A stretch of 64,000 nucleotides of DNA from Opitutales bacterium (GTDB lineage Bacteria; Verrucomicrobiota; Verrucomicrobiia; Opitutales; PNEW01). This document shows positions 13,687 to 24,811 of this stretch, piece after piece. The notes under the pieces were generated by a model. That model made no database searches. It was not told the origin of the DNA and saw nothing but the letters and a program-made list of their open reading frames with translations. Position numbers and translations under genes: made by a program. Numbering within the stretch: the first letter of the stretch is position 1; each line of letters begins with the position of its first letter. The stretch is from contig CBDANS010000006.1 in the NCBI GenBank assembly GCA_965197745.1, positions 992,001 to 1,056,000 of the forward strand. Reading direction: 5' to 3'.

Positions 13687-15270
13687 ATGATTACCTGGGA
13701 TCAGCCCTACCCTTCGCGTCGCCGTCCGGTACTGGCCGCAAATGTGGTCTCCACCTCTCAACCACTGGCGGCCCAGGCAGGATTGCAAATGCTTCATGAC
13801 GGAGGCAATGCGGTGGACGCGGCTCTGGCTGCGGCGATGGCTTTGACCGTGTTGGAACCCATAAGCTGCGGTATTGGCGGCGATCTATTCGCAATTGTTT
13901 GGGATGGGAAAAAGCTTCATGGTCTGAATGCTTCGGGCCGTTCTCCAGCCGCGTGGACTCCTGAATATTTTACCGCTTACGATACGATGCCAACTAAAGG
14001 TTGGGACGCGATAAATGTTCCGGGCGTAGTCTCAGGGTGGGTCGCTTTAAGTGAAAAGTTTGGGAAACTGCCATTGGGAAAAATAGGGACTCCCGCCTCC
14101 ACTTATGCCTCTGAAGGATTTCCCGTTTCCCCGGGTATCTCAAACGATTGGGTCAATCATGGAATCCCCAATAAAGACACCCCGGGATTTGCCGAATCGT
14201 TTCTCATCAATGGAAAGGCTCCTGCTCCGGGGGAAACTTTTTGTCACCCGGCACAAGCGGAAACGCTTCAAGCCATTGCGGAGTCTAAAGGTGAAACGTT
14301 TTATCGCGGCGATTTAGCCGCTAAAATAGCCGCTTTTTCGAGAGAATGTGGTGGGGTAATGACCGAAGCGGATCTCGCCGAACATGAAGTAACCTGGGTA
14401 GAAACGATCACCATGGATTTCGCCGGGCATACGCTCCACGAAATTCCCCCGAATGGTCAGGGTTTAGCTGCTCTCAGCGCCCTTGGTATTTTAAAGCATA
14501 CTTCAATTGAGAGCATCCCTGTAGATTCCGCTGATTATTTGCATTTGCAAATCGAGGCGATGAAACTGGCGTTTGCCGATACCTACGCCCACGTAGCGGA
14601 CCCGGATTCCATGGTCGTTTCCTGTGATGTTCTGCTCGATTCAGACTATCTCCGCAAGCGCGCAAAACTAATCGACATGCGTCACGCTTCGCAACCTGTC
14701 TGCGAACTAACGCGAAGAGGAGGGACCGTCTATTTAACTGCCGCAGACAGCAGCGGGATGATGGTCTCACTCATCCATTCTCTTTACATGGGATTTGGTT
14801 CAGGGTTTGTCGTTCCCGGGACAGGAATTGCGCTTCAAAATAGGGGTGCTGGATTCACCCTCGAGCCCGGTCATCCCAATCAAGTAGGTCCGCGTAAATT
14901 ACCATTTCATACTATCATCCCCGCATTCGTCACAAAACAAGATCAACCTCTCCTAAGCTTCGGCGTAATGGGAGGTGACATGCAAGCGCAAGGGCATTTG
15001 CAATTTTTAACGCGGCTCGCACTCCATAATCAAAATCCGCAAACCGCCCTCGATGCCCCGCGTTTCAAAGTGCTCAATGATCGCAGTCTTTGCCTTGAAG
15101 AATTTATCGCCCCTGATGTTGTCCATGATCTGGAAAAACGCGGCCATAAAATTACCCAGTCAGACTCCGCCGTATTCTATGGTGGCGGGCAAGCAATTTA
15201 CCGGCTGGAATCCGGTAAGTACCTTGGCGCCTCAGATCCGCGAAGGGATGGCCAGGCTGTTGGTTTCTGA
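13687..15270 (+). CDS. ggt: Gamma-glutamyltransferase family protein
   Basis: GGNAVDAA, GIGGDLF, catalytic Thr in GTVYL, LQNRGAGF, PFHTIIP, GASDPRRDG. Confidence 0.9.
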   Translation: MITWDQPYPSRRRPVLAANVVSTSQPLAAQAGLQMLHDGGNAVDAALAAAMALTVLEPISCGIGGDLFAIVWDGKKLHGLNASGRSPAAWTPEYFTAYDTMPTKGWDAINVPGVVSGWVALSEKFGKLPLGKIGTPASTYASEGFPVSPGISNDWVNHGIPNKDTPGFAESFLINGKAPAPGETFCHPAQAETLQAIAESKGETFYRGDLAAKIAAFSRECGGVMTEADLAEHEVTWVETITMDFAGHTLHEIPPNGQGLAALSALGILKHTSIESIPVDSADYLHLQIEAMKLAFADTYAHVADPDSMVVSCDVLLDSDYLRKRAKLIDMRHASQPVCELTRRGGTVYLTAADSSGMMVSLIHSLYMGFGSGFVVPGTGIALQNRGAGFTLEPGHPNQVGPRKLPFHTIIPAFVTKQDQPLLSFGVMGGDMQAQGHLQFLTRLALHNQNPQTALDAPRFKVLNDRSLCLEEFIAPDVVHDLEKRGHKITQSDSAVFYGGGQAIYRLESGKYLGASDPRRDGQAVGF

Positions 15271-15363
15271 ATCCACCCGGTAATCGGATTCAGCTCAGGT
15301 TTTTCCTCATTGGAATTACCACTTCCCTTATAAGGCCGCGTTCCTTAGGTGCCTGACATCAAA

Positions 15364-16131
15364 TCAGCAAGCCGTGAGACGGCCGTAATAAACGACTGTA
15401 TTATAATCAAATACTACTGTCTGATTCTGATTATATTCATCAAATAGTTCACCCAGTTCTTCTATCATTGGCTCGTAATCAGGATGACCCTTTTCCGGAG
15501 TGTAGGAAGAGGAGAGGAGCCGGCCTTTAAGTCCATCATAATCTAAATGCTGCTCATTTTTAAAAGTGTTCATTTGAAAACGGTCATGCCCGAATAATTG
15601 TACCATTTCATCTTTCCCAATGTTCCGATGCACAGACTGATCGTAGTCCGTTCCATACTTTTGCAGGAGTCCTTCATAACATCTAAGGAACGGATAAGTA
15701 TCTGTCATTCGGTCATTCCATAAAATGAATAGCCACCCTTCAGTTTTGAGAATTCGTTTAAACTCGACTTGGGTTTTTTCGAGGTCGAACCAGTGAACGG
15801 CCTGTGCAGAAGTAATGGCATCGACACTGCGGTCAGGGAGCTCCGTCTCTTCAGCACGTCCGGAAATACTTTTAAAGTTTTCAACCCCGGCAAGCATACG
15901 CTCCGCGGCCATTCGCATTTCACGATTGGGCTCTACCCCCATCACCGTGAATCCACGCTCTAAAAGGCTTTTCGAAAAAATGCCCGTCCCTGAACCCACA
16001 TCGGCAATCACAACATCGGTTGTTGTCTTACAAGATCCTTCTATCAACTCAATTACCTCGATAGGATAGCCGGGGCGGTATTTGACATAATTATCTACTC
16101 GCGTGGAGAATCGTTTAGTAGGATCATGCAT
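15364..16131 (-). CDS. Class I SAM-dependent methyltransferase
   Basis: YVKYRPGYP, ADVGSGTG, AQAVHWFD, GRLLSSSY. Confidence 0.85.
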   Translation of the reverse strand: MHDPTKRFSTRVDNYVKYRPGYPIEVIELIEGSCKTTTDVVIADVGSGTGIFSKSLLERGFTVMGVEPNREMRMAAERMLAGVENFKSISGRAEETELPDRSVDAITSAQAVHWFDLEKTQVEFKRILKTEGWLFILWNDRMTDTYPFLRCYEGLLQKYGTDYDQSVHRNIGKDEMVQLFGHDRFQMNTFKNEQHLDYDGLKGRLLSSSYTPEKGHPDYEPMIEELGELFDEYNQNQTVVFDYNTVVYYGRLTAC

Positions 16132-16274
16132 CGCTGATTATATAAACCCCCAATGAAATTATATTCTGGTTCTCACTTCAAGACTTTGCGCCCCAATTGA
16201 GAATTCTCATTTTTTACTGGAATTGATTATCTTCCTTAACTAATGCATGCTTTTACTTATTTATTTCATTTATT

Positions 16275-17534
16275 ATGGAAAAGCTTAAATTTTTAACGCG
16301 AGACCAGGCTTTCGCCATCCGCGAGCAATATGGCACCCCTGCCTACATTTATGATGAAGCTACATGCGTCCGCCACGCAGAAGATGCTTTAGCTTTTCCC
16401 CACCCCTATGGCTTGACGATACGCTACGCCATGAAAGCAAACTCCAATGCGTCTATCCTCGGAATCTTTGATCGCCTCGGTCTGCACATCGACGCCAGTT
16501 CCGGATACGAAGTGGAACGCGCGTTAAGAGCGGGTGTGGCTCCAGAAAAGATCAGCCTCAGCAGCCAGGAATTTCCCGATAATTTTAAAGCGTTATATGA
16601 TCAGGGTATGAGTTTCAATGCCTGTTCCTTGAATCAGATTGAACGATTTGGACAGTTGTGTCCTGAACGTGAATTGGGCTTGCGTTTCAATCCCGGGGTT
16701 GGTTCCGGTGGCACCAATAAAACCAATGTCGGTGGACCGTCTTCGAGTTTTGGCATCTGGCACGAGTGGATGGATGAAGTCCAAGCCCTTGTTGCAAAGT
16801 ATCAGCTCAAGGTATTTCGTGTTCACACGCATATCGGTTCGGGAAGCGATCCCGTCGTTTGGCAAAGTGTATCTCAACTAAGCCTGAATATCGTTAAGCA
16901 GTTTCCCGAAGTAACGGTACTCAATCTTGGCGGTGGATACAAGGTCGCGCGCATGGCCGATGAAACGGGCACCGGCTTTCAGAAAATTGGGGCCCCGGTG
17001 CGCGATGCTTTTATTTCACTGGCCAATGAAACCGGACGCCAAATTCACCTCGAAATTGAACCCGGAACCTATCTTGTCGCTAATGCCGGTGCCATCCTTA
17101 CTACCGTTCAAGACATCGTCAGCACAGGTGCTGAAGGTTATAGCTTCCTCAAGCTCGATTCCGGGATGACGGAAATACTGCGCCCTTCACATTACGGCGC
17201 CCAGCACCCATTAATAATTATTCCGCAAAAGGTTACCGGGCGAACCGCGAATTACATTGCCGTCGGTCACTGCTGTGAATCCGGTGACCTCATCACCCCG
17301 GCATCCGGCACTACGGATGTTTTGCAGGCGCGTGAACTGGCCGAATCATCAATCGGAGATCTTTGTGTAATAGAAGGAGCGGGCGCCTACTGTACAAGCA
17401 TGCCGGCAAAAAATTATAATTCTTTCCCGGAAGCTGCTGAAGTGCTCATCAGATCGAACGGTGATATTCAGCAGATCCGTAAACGGCAAACACTTCAGCA
17501 AATGGTAGTAAATGAATTAACGCTTGATAGCTAA
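16275..17534 (+). CDS. lysA: Diaminopimelate decarboxylase
   Basis: YAMKAN PLP lysine, [30 protein letters not shown]. Confidence 0.9.
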   Translation: MEKLKFLTRDQAFAIREQYGTPAYIYDEATCVRHAEDALAFPHPYGLTIRYAMKANSNASILGIFDRLGLHIDASSGYEVERALRAGVAPEKISLSSQEFPDNFKALYDQGMSFNACSLNQIERFGQLCPERELGLRFNPGVGSGGTNKTNVGGPSSSFGIWHEWMDEVQALVAKYQLKVFRVHTHIGSGSDPVVWQSVSQLSLNIVKQFPEVTVLNLGGGYKVARMADETGTGFQKIGAPVRDAFISLANETGRQIHLEIEPGTYLVANAGAILTTVQDIVSTGAEGYSFLKLDSGMTEILRPSHYGAQHPLIIIPQKVTGRTANYIAVGHCCESGDLITPASGTTDVLQARELAESSIGDLCVIEGAGAYCTSMPAKNYNSFPEAAEVLIRSNGDIQQIRKRQTLQQMVVNELTLDS

Positions 17535-17589
17535 ACGTTAATTCACAGCTCTCGCTGACCATACATGTATCCTTTTTATTTCCCGACTT

Positions 17590-19083
17590 ATGTCAGGTTT
17601 AAATTATAATTTTCCCCTCGGTGCCCGTATCCCGGACAGCATGCATAGCGTGGTCTGCAGCATTCCTACCGTTGCCGACGTCAGGGGATATGAAGAGAAA
17701 GATCCGGAAACGCTGTCTGTGATAAAAGCCGCATACCCGAGATTTTTCAGGCACGAATATCTCCAATTGATAGACAGGCACGTGAGACAAAAGCACGGCT
17801 TGCCAGGCAGGGTCTTCTACCCCCTGACCTCGCTGCGCTCTGCCGAGGAAATGGTAAACTATTGTGGTCATGATCAAGCGGCGATATTAGAAACTGAAGA
17901 TCTATTCGGGGTGCACGTTCAAGAAGAAACCGAATCCTGCTCGCGCGCCTGGTCATTCCTGCAGCATACCGGTTGTGCCGTTTCATCACGTCAAGCTGAG
18001 GACTGGCTCAATAAACACGCTCTCTTAAATTCAATTGGAGAAGAGCCTTATTTTGAAGGTAACGCCGATATGCGCACGAGTGAGTCGCTGCGCGCCATTT
18101 ACGGTTTAGAATCAGTAGATGATATACTGTTATGCAACTCGGGCATGAATGCCTTCTATGCCTCCTACCGCGCCATTAGTGAATTTCAAAAATCAAGAGG
18201 GAAAAATAAATGGCTGCAACTTGGCTGGTTATATGTCGATACCGGACTCATCCTTGAAAAATTCAGCGAGACAGAGCCGATAATCCACTTTGATCTATTT
18301 AATTTCGATGGATTGCGTAAGATTTTTGCAGAGCATGGAAATGAAATAGCCGGTATCATTACGGAAGTGCCAACTAATCCTCTCCTGCAAACCAGCGATA
18401 TCGAAGAACTCCAAAATCTCGCTGAAAAGCATAATGCTGTTCTTATTCTCGACCCGACATTAGCCAGCCCCTGTAATATCGATATCCTGCCTTATGCCGA
18501 CTTAGTCATCAACAGTTTGACAAAGTATGCCGCCAGTGAAGGAGACGTCTTGAGTGGCGCGGCTATTTTCAACCCCGCGTCTTCTTTCCATGAAGAACTA
18601 AAGACCAATCTGCCCCACCATCACGAACCTCCCTATTCACGCGACCTCCAGCGTTTGGCTCAGGAGATTGAAGCCTATCCGCAATACGTTGAGAAAGTAA
18701 ACCGTAATGTCAGTGCCTTAGCTCCATTCCTGGAAACACACCCTTCCATAAAAAAGGTTTATTGGTCCTACGAAGAGCAATCGCACTCTAATTATGAAAA
18801 AATCGCGCGCACCGCGGATTCCCCCGGATGCATGCTGACCATCTTTCTCAATAAACCCCTGGCAGATTTTTACGACCGGGTGAAAACAGTTAAAGGTCCG
18901 AGTTTCGGCACGAACTTTACCTTGATGTGTCCGTTTATGCATCTGGCACATTACGATCTCGTCAGTAAAAAAGCGGGGCGGGATTACCTTTGGAGTCTCA
19001 ACCTCGATCCCGATCTCGTGCGAATCTCCGTGGGAACGGAAGATCCCGTCGCCATTATTGAAACCTTTACCGAAGCGCTTTAA
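17590..19083 (+). CDS. PLP-dependent Cys/Met metabolism enzyme, cystathionine gamma-synthase-like
   Basis: SGMNA, EVPTNPLL, SLTKY, GPSFGTNFTL, VRISVG.E. Confidence 0.8.
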   Translation: MSGLNYNFPLGARIPDSMHSVVCSIPTVADVRGYEEKDPETLSVIKAAYPRFFRHEYLQLIDRHVRQKHGLPGRVFYPLTSLRSAEEMVNYCGHDQAAILETEDLFGVHVQEETESCSRAWSFLQHTGCAVSSRQAEDWLNKHALLNSIGEEPYFEGNADMRTSESLRAIYGLESVDDILLCNSGMNAFYASYRAISEFQKSRGKNKWLQLGWLYVDTGLILEKFSETEPIIHFDLFNFDGLRKIFAEHGNEIAGIITEVPTNPLLQTSDIEELQNLAEKHNAVLILDPTLASPCNIDILPYADLVINSLTKYAASEGDVLSGAAIFNPASSFHEELKTNLPHHHEPPYSRDLQRLAQEIEAYPQYVEKVNRNVSALAPFLETHPSIKKVYWSYEEQSHSNYEKIARTADSPGCMLTIFLNKPLADFYDRVKTVKGPSFGTNFTLMCPFMHLAHYDLVSKKAGRDYLWSLNLDPDLVRISVGTEDPVAIIETFTEAL

Positions 19084-19158
19084 AGCTATTTTTTCTTCTG
19101 TCCCTCCCTGAGGAATATTTTTAAACCGCCCGTTAAGTTTTACCGATTAACGGTAGCA

Positions 19159-20280
19159 TCAATTTTTTGGTGACGTGATCATACTTTGAATGATTGCTAT
19201 CTCTTTTGCGTCGTAAGGCATTCCATCATTCTGCAGTAAATCATGGCCCCAGACGTCTTCACATTCGGAGACTTTACCAAAGGTGTGCTGGCAATGACAT
19301 TGCGAACGACCGTTAGCCATTCCCCAATGAAAGCAGCCGACATTTTCCTCTTTATAAAACGGCAGGTGTGATTCGAACTTGCTACCCATCTGTCTTGCTA
19401 ACCATTCCGTGCAGAGGACGGGTCGATCGAAGCTTCGGCAAAAGGTTAATCGTTTTTTTTCTCCCATGGGGATGACTCCCAATTCTTTTTGCTTCTCCGT
19501 TAATGGGGCATCGCTTGTTTCCAGTCGACCATAGTGGTGGTAAGTAATAATATCCGAACAATCCATCCAGCGTTTGCCGTAGGTTACGCCCGTTTCACTG
19601 TTCGACCACCATGCAACAGTAAGCGGTTGCCTGGAATTAATTTCTCTAGCCCAGATAAAAGCGGCATCAACGAGGTCATCGGTCTTGCCCCAGGCCATGC
19701 CATCGTAGCCCCCGGGCTCGTTATACAGATCCCAGGCATAAATTTTTTCATCGTTGGCATAGTGGGTAATGATTTCCTTTACATACTCCTCGAGTACCGG
19801 TCACTGGTTTTTATCCTGGGCAGTATCGTGTCCGGGACTGGGAGTGAAACTCGAGGCAATACAGCCGGGGACTGGATCCTTCTGTTTTCCAAGATACGGC
19901 TCAGTGATGTGAGGTTCACTGGCCGAAGTAAACGAACAGTCGTCGAAATGACAGGGCATCACCGTAAGACGGTGCTTTCCCGCGATTTCAAGAAAGCGAT
20001 CGAACCTGTCCAGGAACCCCTGCCGATCATGCTTCCAAACAAGAAATTGCATAATGGTGCGAAGGGAGTTGAAACCTATATCGGCTGCCCATTTCAATTC
20101 GCGGTCAATGATTTTAGAATCGAAAGCTTCGCTCTGCCACATTTCAGTAAAATTTACGGCGTAGCCGGGTATATAGTTAAACCCCAGTGTCCAGGGTTGA
20201 GCTTCATACCATTGGCGCGCCTTTTCCGCAGGCCAACGCCAGCTCTTAAGCGCGCGCAAATCCTCTTTTTTTAATGGCAT
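19159..20280 (-). pseudogene. Clan GH-A (GH5-like) glycoside hydrolase with one in-frame TGA at 19801-19803
   Basis: ORFs 19801-20280 and 19159-19698 are in the same frame; read-through gives Q*PVLEEYVKEII...AWDLYNEPG (acid/base) and later CTEWLAR (nucleophile). Confidence 0.85.
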
Positions 20281-20332
20281 GAATACTTATGTCACTTCAC
20301 CCATTTCAATCGTATCACCTGTTTCGGATTGT

Positions 20333-23053
20333 TTAATCCGATAATTCGATACTTGCTTCTTTTAATTGGGCGGATCGACAGCCATTTTCGGAAATAAAAA
20401 AGGCGCGGTATTGCAGCCATCGAGCGGTGGACGGAATACTGTTTATCACCTGGCCGGATTTTTCGTAATAAGTTGACTCCCCATCCGCGCCGAACCAGGA
20501 CGCATGATCAAGTTCTTCTTCACTTCCTGCCCAACGCAATTTAAACTTGAGCTGCGTAGATTTTGGAACCGTGGCCTCCCAATGAAGGCGAAGCGGTATT
20601 TGCTCTCGCAAATCAATTGGTGGAGAGCTGTAACTTTCATAGGGGTTTCGGTTTAATCCATTCCCGGGATCGCGTGTCGTTAAATCGTGTGGCCCCATAC
20701 CGGGAATTCTTGTTACGCGATCAGTGGCCAACCCATCGGGGCCGTTCCAGAAAATCATGGAATCGACCTGGTGTCCCAGATCGTTACGATGACAGGCGAC
20801 CACCACATCCAGATAGCCATTGCCGGTTAGATCGATTGTGAGGAAGCCGCAGGACGATTCTGCCATGATATCGGTTGGGTTTTTTAAATCCAATCCCTTA
20901 TCCGTCCCCCAAAAAATTTGCATCGGTAATTCACGCGTTGTGGCAGAGGAATAGGCTCCGACCATCAAGTCTAAGTGTCCATTGTTATTTAAGTCTGCAA
21001 AGGATAAAGCGGTGGCAGAGGCATCACCGACACAGTATTCCACGTTATTGGGGTTAAGGCCATCGGGACCGCCATAGAAAATGCAAAACCCTGAAGGTTT
21101 ACGCGCACGGAACGCAGGAATACCCACGATGAGATCGAGGTAGCCGTTACCCGTTAGATCCGCGCTGTTCATGCTTCCGACAATTCCTCCGTTGACCGGC
21201 AATTGCTTCACCCTATCTGTTTTGTACCCATCCTCTGCTCCCAGGTAAATATAAACATACCCGCGTTTATCCGCACAGATAATATCGAGGTAATCATTCC
21301 CGGTAACATCCGCCAGATGCATCTGCCCTTCGCTATAGGTAGGTATTACCTGGTAACGTTCTCGAGAAAATCCTTCGCTCGAACCGAAGTAGATCAACGA
21401 TGATTGTGCCAATGTTTCGGGTTCTGCGTCCTGAGTCATCACCGCTAAGAGCACGTCGAGGTAACCATCACGATTAAAGTCGGCTACATATACGTGCATG
21501 CTGCATTCCCCACCCAGCCGGGGAAGATCTGAGTAGCGATCAGGTTCAAGTCCGTCAGGTCCGCCGTGAAAGATGCGCAAGCCACCTTCGGTATTAAAGA
21601 TCAGATCATGGTAACCATCTAAATTCAGATCAGCGATAACATAACAACTGCACCCACCTCCCGTAGGTAAATCCAGCCGACGATGTACTCCGTAATCAGC
21701 TTTCTCACTCCCCAAATAAACATAGATCGGAAAATCTACGTAAAACTGTGAAGGCCCAAACATCGTATTATTGAAAATCACTTCCGGTTTACCGTCACCG
21801 TCGAGATCCCCGGCATTGCATCCCATGGCGCCAGCGGTAGGGAGCAAGGTTACACGGTCATCGGAAAAACCTTCCGGACTATTCCAGAATATGGCAGATT
21901 CGGTTTCGTAGGTGACACGGTTATCGTATTTACTGGCGATCAGTTCGGGCCTGCCATCGCCATCGAAATCATGCGCGCACACCCAGGTTGTATATGGCAG
22001 AGAGAGTAACTGCTCTACCTTTTGCAGATCGTTCGCCGCTCGGATTTCTACACCCTTAACCGTAGCGAGGATCAATTGATTATGGCCATCACCGTTGAGA
22101 TCGGCAATCTCGGCACGAACCGCGCCTCGGCAAAACATCGTATTAAATCCCTCCACATCAATGATCGTCCGGTTATCCGGTGTAAAATTTCCCTTATTAT
22201 TCCAATAGATCCATACCTGATCGCCGCCACAGAAGATGATTTCTTTACTTCCGTCGTCACTGAGGTCAGCCAGATGTACCTGCATTGCATAATGTGTGGG
22301 GAGTAAAAATGGCGATTGCTTATCAAAACCTCCCTCGGTCCCCCAATATATATAAGAGTCCGTGTCGTAATTGAATTCCTTTCGATAGTTCGCCACTACC
22401 AGGTCGGGCCTTCCGTTGCCATTGAGATCGTCTATTGCCACCGACGAAGCGCCAACCCCGATTAATCCGAACCGTTCGGAAGCGTCCTCGAACTGCCGTG
22501 GGCTTGTCTGGATATAAACACGAATTAGCAGGGGCCGCCCCGGATTGTGGTGATCTACCCAGGCGGAGGGAAAAAACAAATCGAGGCGTCCGTCTCCGTT
22601 TGTATCCATTGTCGTCACATCATACGCACCCACCGTGGGAAATTCCGTGCGTTCTCCCGTCAACCCTTCAGGTCCACCCCAATAGATATATGAGTTCAAC
22701 TCCGAGGTGACCCCATTCTCCCCATTGACAACAACCAGGTCCGGATAGCCATCACCATCCACGTCTTCGATCCTGCTAACCCACCCGCTGTCATTCGGTA
22801 ACTCATGCCGCGGCCACTTTTCATCCTTTCCCTCACCCTGGGTATATATCCATGTCGGTCCGCGCTCGATATAACCGTGATTGTTGGGAAGAACAAGATC
22901 TACATAGCCATCATTGTTTAAATCGGTCCGGTGAATGGTTTCAATAAAGCCCTCCGCGTTGACATAAAGATTGCCTCCGCCTTCATCGAATCGTCCCCGG
23001 GAAAAATCCTCAACCCCTCGATGCGTCCAAGTGTTGTTCTTCTTTTCGCTCAT
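20333..23053 (-). CDS. FG-GAP/VCBS repeat beta-propeller protein, 906 aa
   Basis: About 14 DxN/DxDGxxDL-type repeats with YWG/YLG/FWN strands; no obvious signal peptide. Confidence 0.85.
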   Translation of the reverse strand: MSEKKNNTWTHRGVEDFSRGRFDEGGGNLYVNAEGFIETIHRTDLNNDGYVDLVLPNNHGYIERGPTWIYTQGEGKDEKWPRHELPNDSGWVSRIEDVDGDGYPDLVVVNGENGVTSELNSYIYWGGPEGLTGERTEFPTVGAYDVTTMDTNGDGRLDLFFPSAWVDHHNPGRPLLIRVYIQTSPRQFEDASERFGLIGVGASSVAIDDLNGNGRPDLVVANYRKEFNYDTDSYIYWGTEGGFDKQSPFLLPTHYAMQVHLADLSDDGSKEIIFCGGDQVWIYWNNKGNFTPDNRTIIDVEGFNTMFCRGAVRAEIADLNGDGHNQLILATVKGVEIRAANDLQKVEQLLSLPYTTWVCAHDFDGDGRPELIASKYDNRVTYETESAIFWNSPEGFSDDRVTLLPTAGAMGCNAGDLDGDGKPEVIFNNTMFGPSQFYVDFPIYVYLGSEKADYGVHRRLDLPTGGGCSCYVIADLNLDGYHDLIFNTEGGLRIFHGGPDGLEPDRYSDLPRLGGECSMHVYVADFNRDGYLDVLLAVMTQDAEPETLAQSSLIYFGSSEGFSRERYQVIPTYSEGQMHLADVTGNDYLDIICADKRGYVYIYLGAEDGYKTDRVKQLPVNGGIVGSMNSADLTGNGYLDLIVGIPAFRARKPSGFCIFYGGPDGLNPNNVEYCVGDASATALSFADLNNNGHLDLMVGAYSSATTRELPMQIFWGTDKGLDLKNPTDIMAESSCGFLTIDLTGNGYLDVVVACHRNDLGHQVDSMIFWNGPDGLATDRVTRIPGMGPHDLTTRDPGNGLNRNPYESYSSPPIDLREQIPLRLHWEATVPKSTQLKFKLRWAGSEEELDHASWFGADGESTYYEKSGQVINSIPSTARWLQYRAFFISENGCRSAQLKEASIELSD

Positions 23054-23120
23054 CCCATTAAAATAATCCTAACTCCGGATAAATTATATCCACGTCGCAT
23101 TGATGTATGCAATCCAACCT

Positions 23121-24164
23121 CTATGTGTTTTGTTCAAAATCGATGAAAACTTTTATCGCTCCGTCTTTTCGCCCCGTAAATAATTCGTAGGCCTGCTGTG
23201 GTTCGGTAAAAGGTAATACATGGGTAATCAGTGGTTTTAAGTTGATTCGCCCCTGCGCAATCAAATCGCGGGCCAGGGGGTAGTCGTATTCTACTTCGGG
23301 TCCCACCGAAGCCAGGAGGCGAATATTTTTGCGTAGGAATTTAAGATGGGGGAAATTAGGATAGAAATCGCGATCGGGCACCCCGAAATAGAGGATTGTT
23401 CCCTGTCGCCTGACGAGATCCATGCACAGGTCCAGTAAATAGACCTCGTGCCCCACAGCATCGACAACAATATCGGCCATCTTCCCCCCGGTTATATCCT
23501 TCACTTCATTGAGAGGATCGGTTTCATCCACATTGATGCAATGGGTGGCATGCATTTTTTCGGCCGCTTCGAGGCGCGAGGGAATACGATCCAGTCCGAT
23601 AACGCGGCGCGCGCCGAGGTTGCTTAAGAGGTGCGTAAAAAGCAGTCCCATAGGGCCGAGCCCGACAACGACAACATCGGTATTGATAATTTTATCAAGT
23701 TTGCGGCAGGCCCAGATCACAGTGCCGAGGGGTTGCGATAAAACCATTTCCTCAATCGACACGGTATTTTCAGGCAGGTGAATAGCGCGGCTTGACGGAA
23801 GGCATAGGCATTCTTGGTACCCGTTCTGATTCATCGGGAGCGCGAGAACAAAGTCCCCCTCATTGAATTTGGAAGACGATGATGCGACCACAGTCCCAAC
23901 GCACTCGTGCAATGACATCCCGGTGCGCAAGGGATAGACTTCTTCACCGTCGAGTTCGAGGAAATCGGAGTACATGGTCAAGTGCTCTGGGGCCTCCTCC
24001 TTCACATGGGTAAGATCGTGAGAAAAAAAAGGGGAATCTGATCCGCACAGGCAGCCGCGTTGGAGTCGGACAATAATATGGTCGGTGGGGCAATCGGTAA
24101 GTGTGGGATCGTCAATCTCGACTAGGTGGATGGATTGCGGAGCATTTATTATAGCGGCTTTCAT
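23121..24164 (-). CDS. Zinc-binding medium-chain dehydrogenase
   Basis: LCGSD, LHECVG, GLGPMG Rossmann motif, LITH; lacks the four-Cys structural Zn lobe. Confidence 0.85.
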   Translation of the reverse strand: MKAAIINAPQSIHLVEIDDPTLTDCPTDHIIVRLQRGCLCGSDSPFFSHDLTHVKEEAPEHLTMYSDFLELDGEEVYPLRTGMSLHECVGTVVASSSSKFNEGDFVLALPMNQNGYQECLCLPSSRAIHLPENTVSIEEMVLSQPLGTVIWACRKLDKIINTDVVVVGLGPMGLLFTHLLSNLGARRVIGLDRIPSRLEAAEKMHATHCINVDETDPLNEVKDITGGKMADIVVDAVGHEVYLLDLCMDLVRRQGTILYFGVPDRDFYPNFPHLKFLRKNIRLLASVGPEVEYDYPLARDLIAQGRINLKPLITHVLPFTEPQQAYELFTGRKDGAIKVFIDFEQNT

Positions 24165-24369
24165 AATTTGTCTTTATGAGATACAGTATGCCTTTACTGG
24201 TAATTTAATTCCGACGATTGCCTGGCATGAATAATTAGAATGGTTAAAGCGCTAAAAAAAACTTTGTCAATGTCACTAATCCTCTATACTGCCTGATTGC
24301 GTGTTCAATATTAATTTTTTATTCAGCAATTATTGAAATAAAACCCCCGAATTTATACGGATTCCCACT

Positions 24370-24795
24370 ATGACCCTGGAGCAAGCAGACGCATTGATTA
24401 AGGAAAGTATCGACAAGATGAATGCCATTTACCGGCAACCTGTTTTCGACGAATGGGCGATTGTCACTCAAACCGATAAGCAAGGGCTGGTTCTAGCCTA
24501 TAACGGTCCCCGGGTGGAGAATGTTCAGCGAGGTTTTTTTGATGATTTAAAACATATCCTATCCGATATGGAGAGCGACAAAAACGAACCGGGGTTATTT
24601 GCGTTTTCACGCGAGGCCGACGGGACCAACTTTGATGCCTTCATCGTCCTCGGGAATGGTATCTTTTTAATCTGTAACAACACCACCAATACAATGGAGG
24701 ATATTACTGATAATTCGCTTTGGTTACAGGCGCAGGTCCCTTTCGTAAACTTGAGTAACAAGTTTTTACTAAACCCCGTGGAGGCGCCGTCGTAA
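24370..24795 (+). CDS. Hypothetical protein
   Basis: 141-aa ORF filling an intergenic gap, protein-like composition, no family recognised. Confidence 0.7.
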   Translation: MTLEQADALIKESIDKMNAIYRQPVFDEWAIVTQTDKQGLVLAYNGPRVENVQRGFFDDLKHILSDMESDKNEPGLFAFSREADGTNFDAFIVLGNGIFLICNNTTNTMEDITDNSLWLQAQVPFVNLSNKFLLNPVEAPS

Positions 24796-24811
24796 GAGGA
24801 GACCTTACCGT

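Noticed and set aside
19801..19803. TGA=Trp or selenocysteine recoding
   Set aside because: Many genes in the window terminate at TGA, the position is not a Cys site, and no SECIS-like hairpin is evident.
19534..20274. 246-aa plus-strand ORF
   Set aside because: Antisense shadow of the GH5-like gene.
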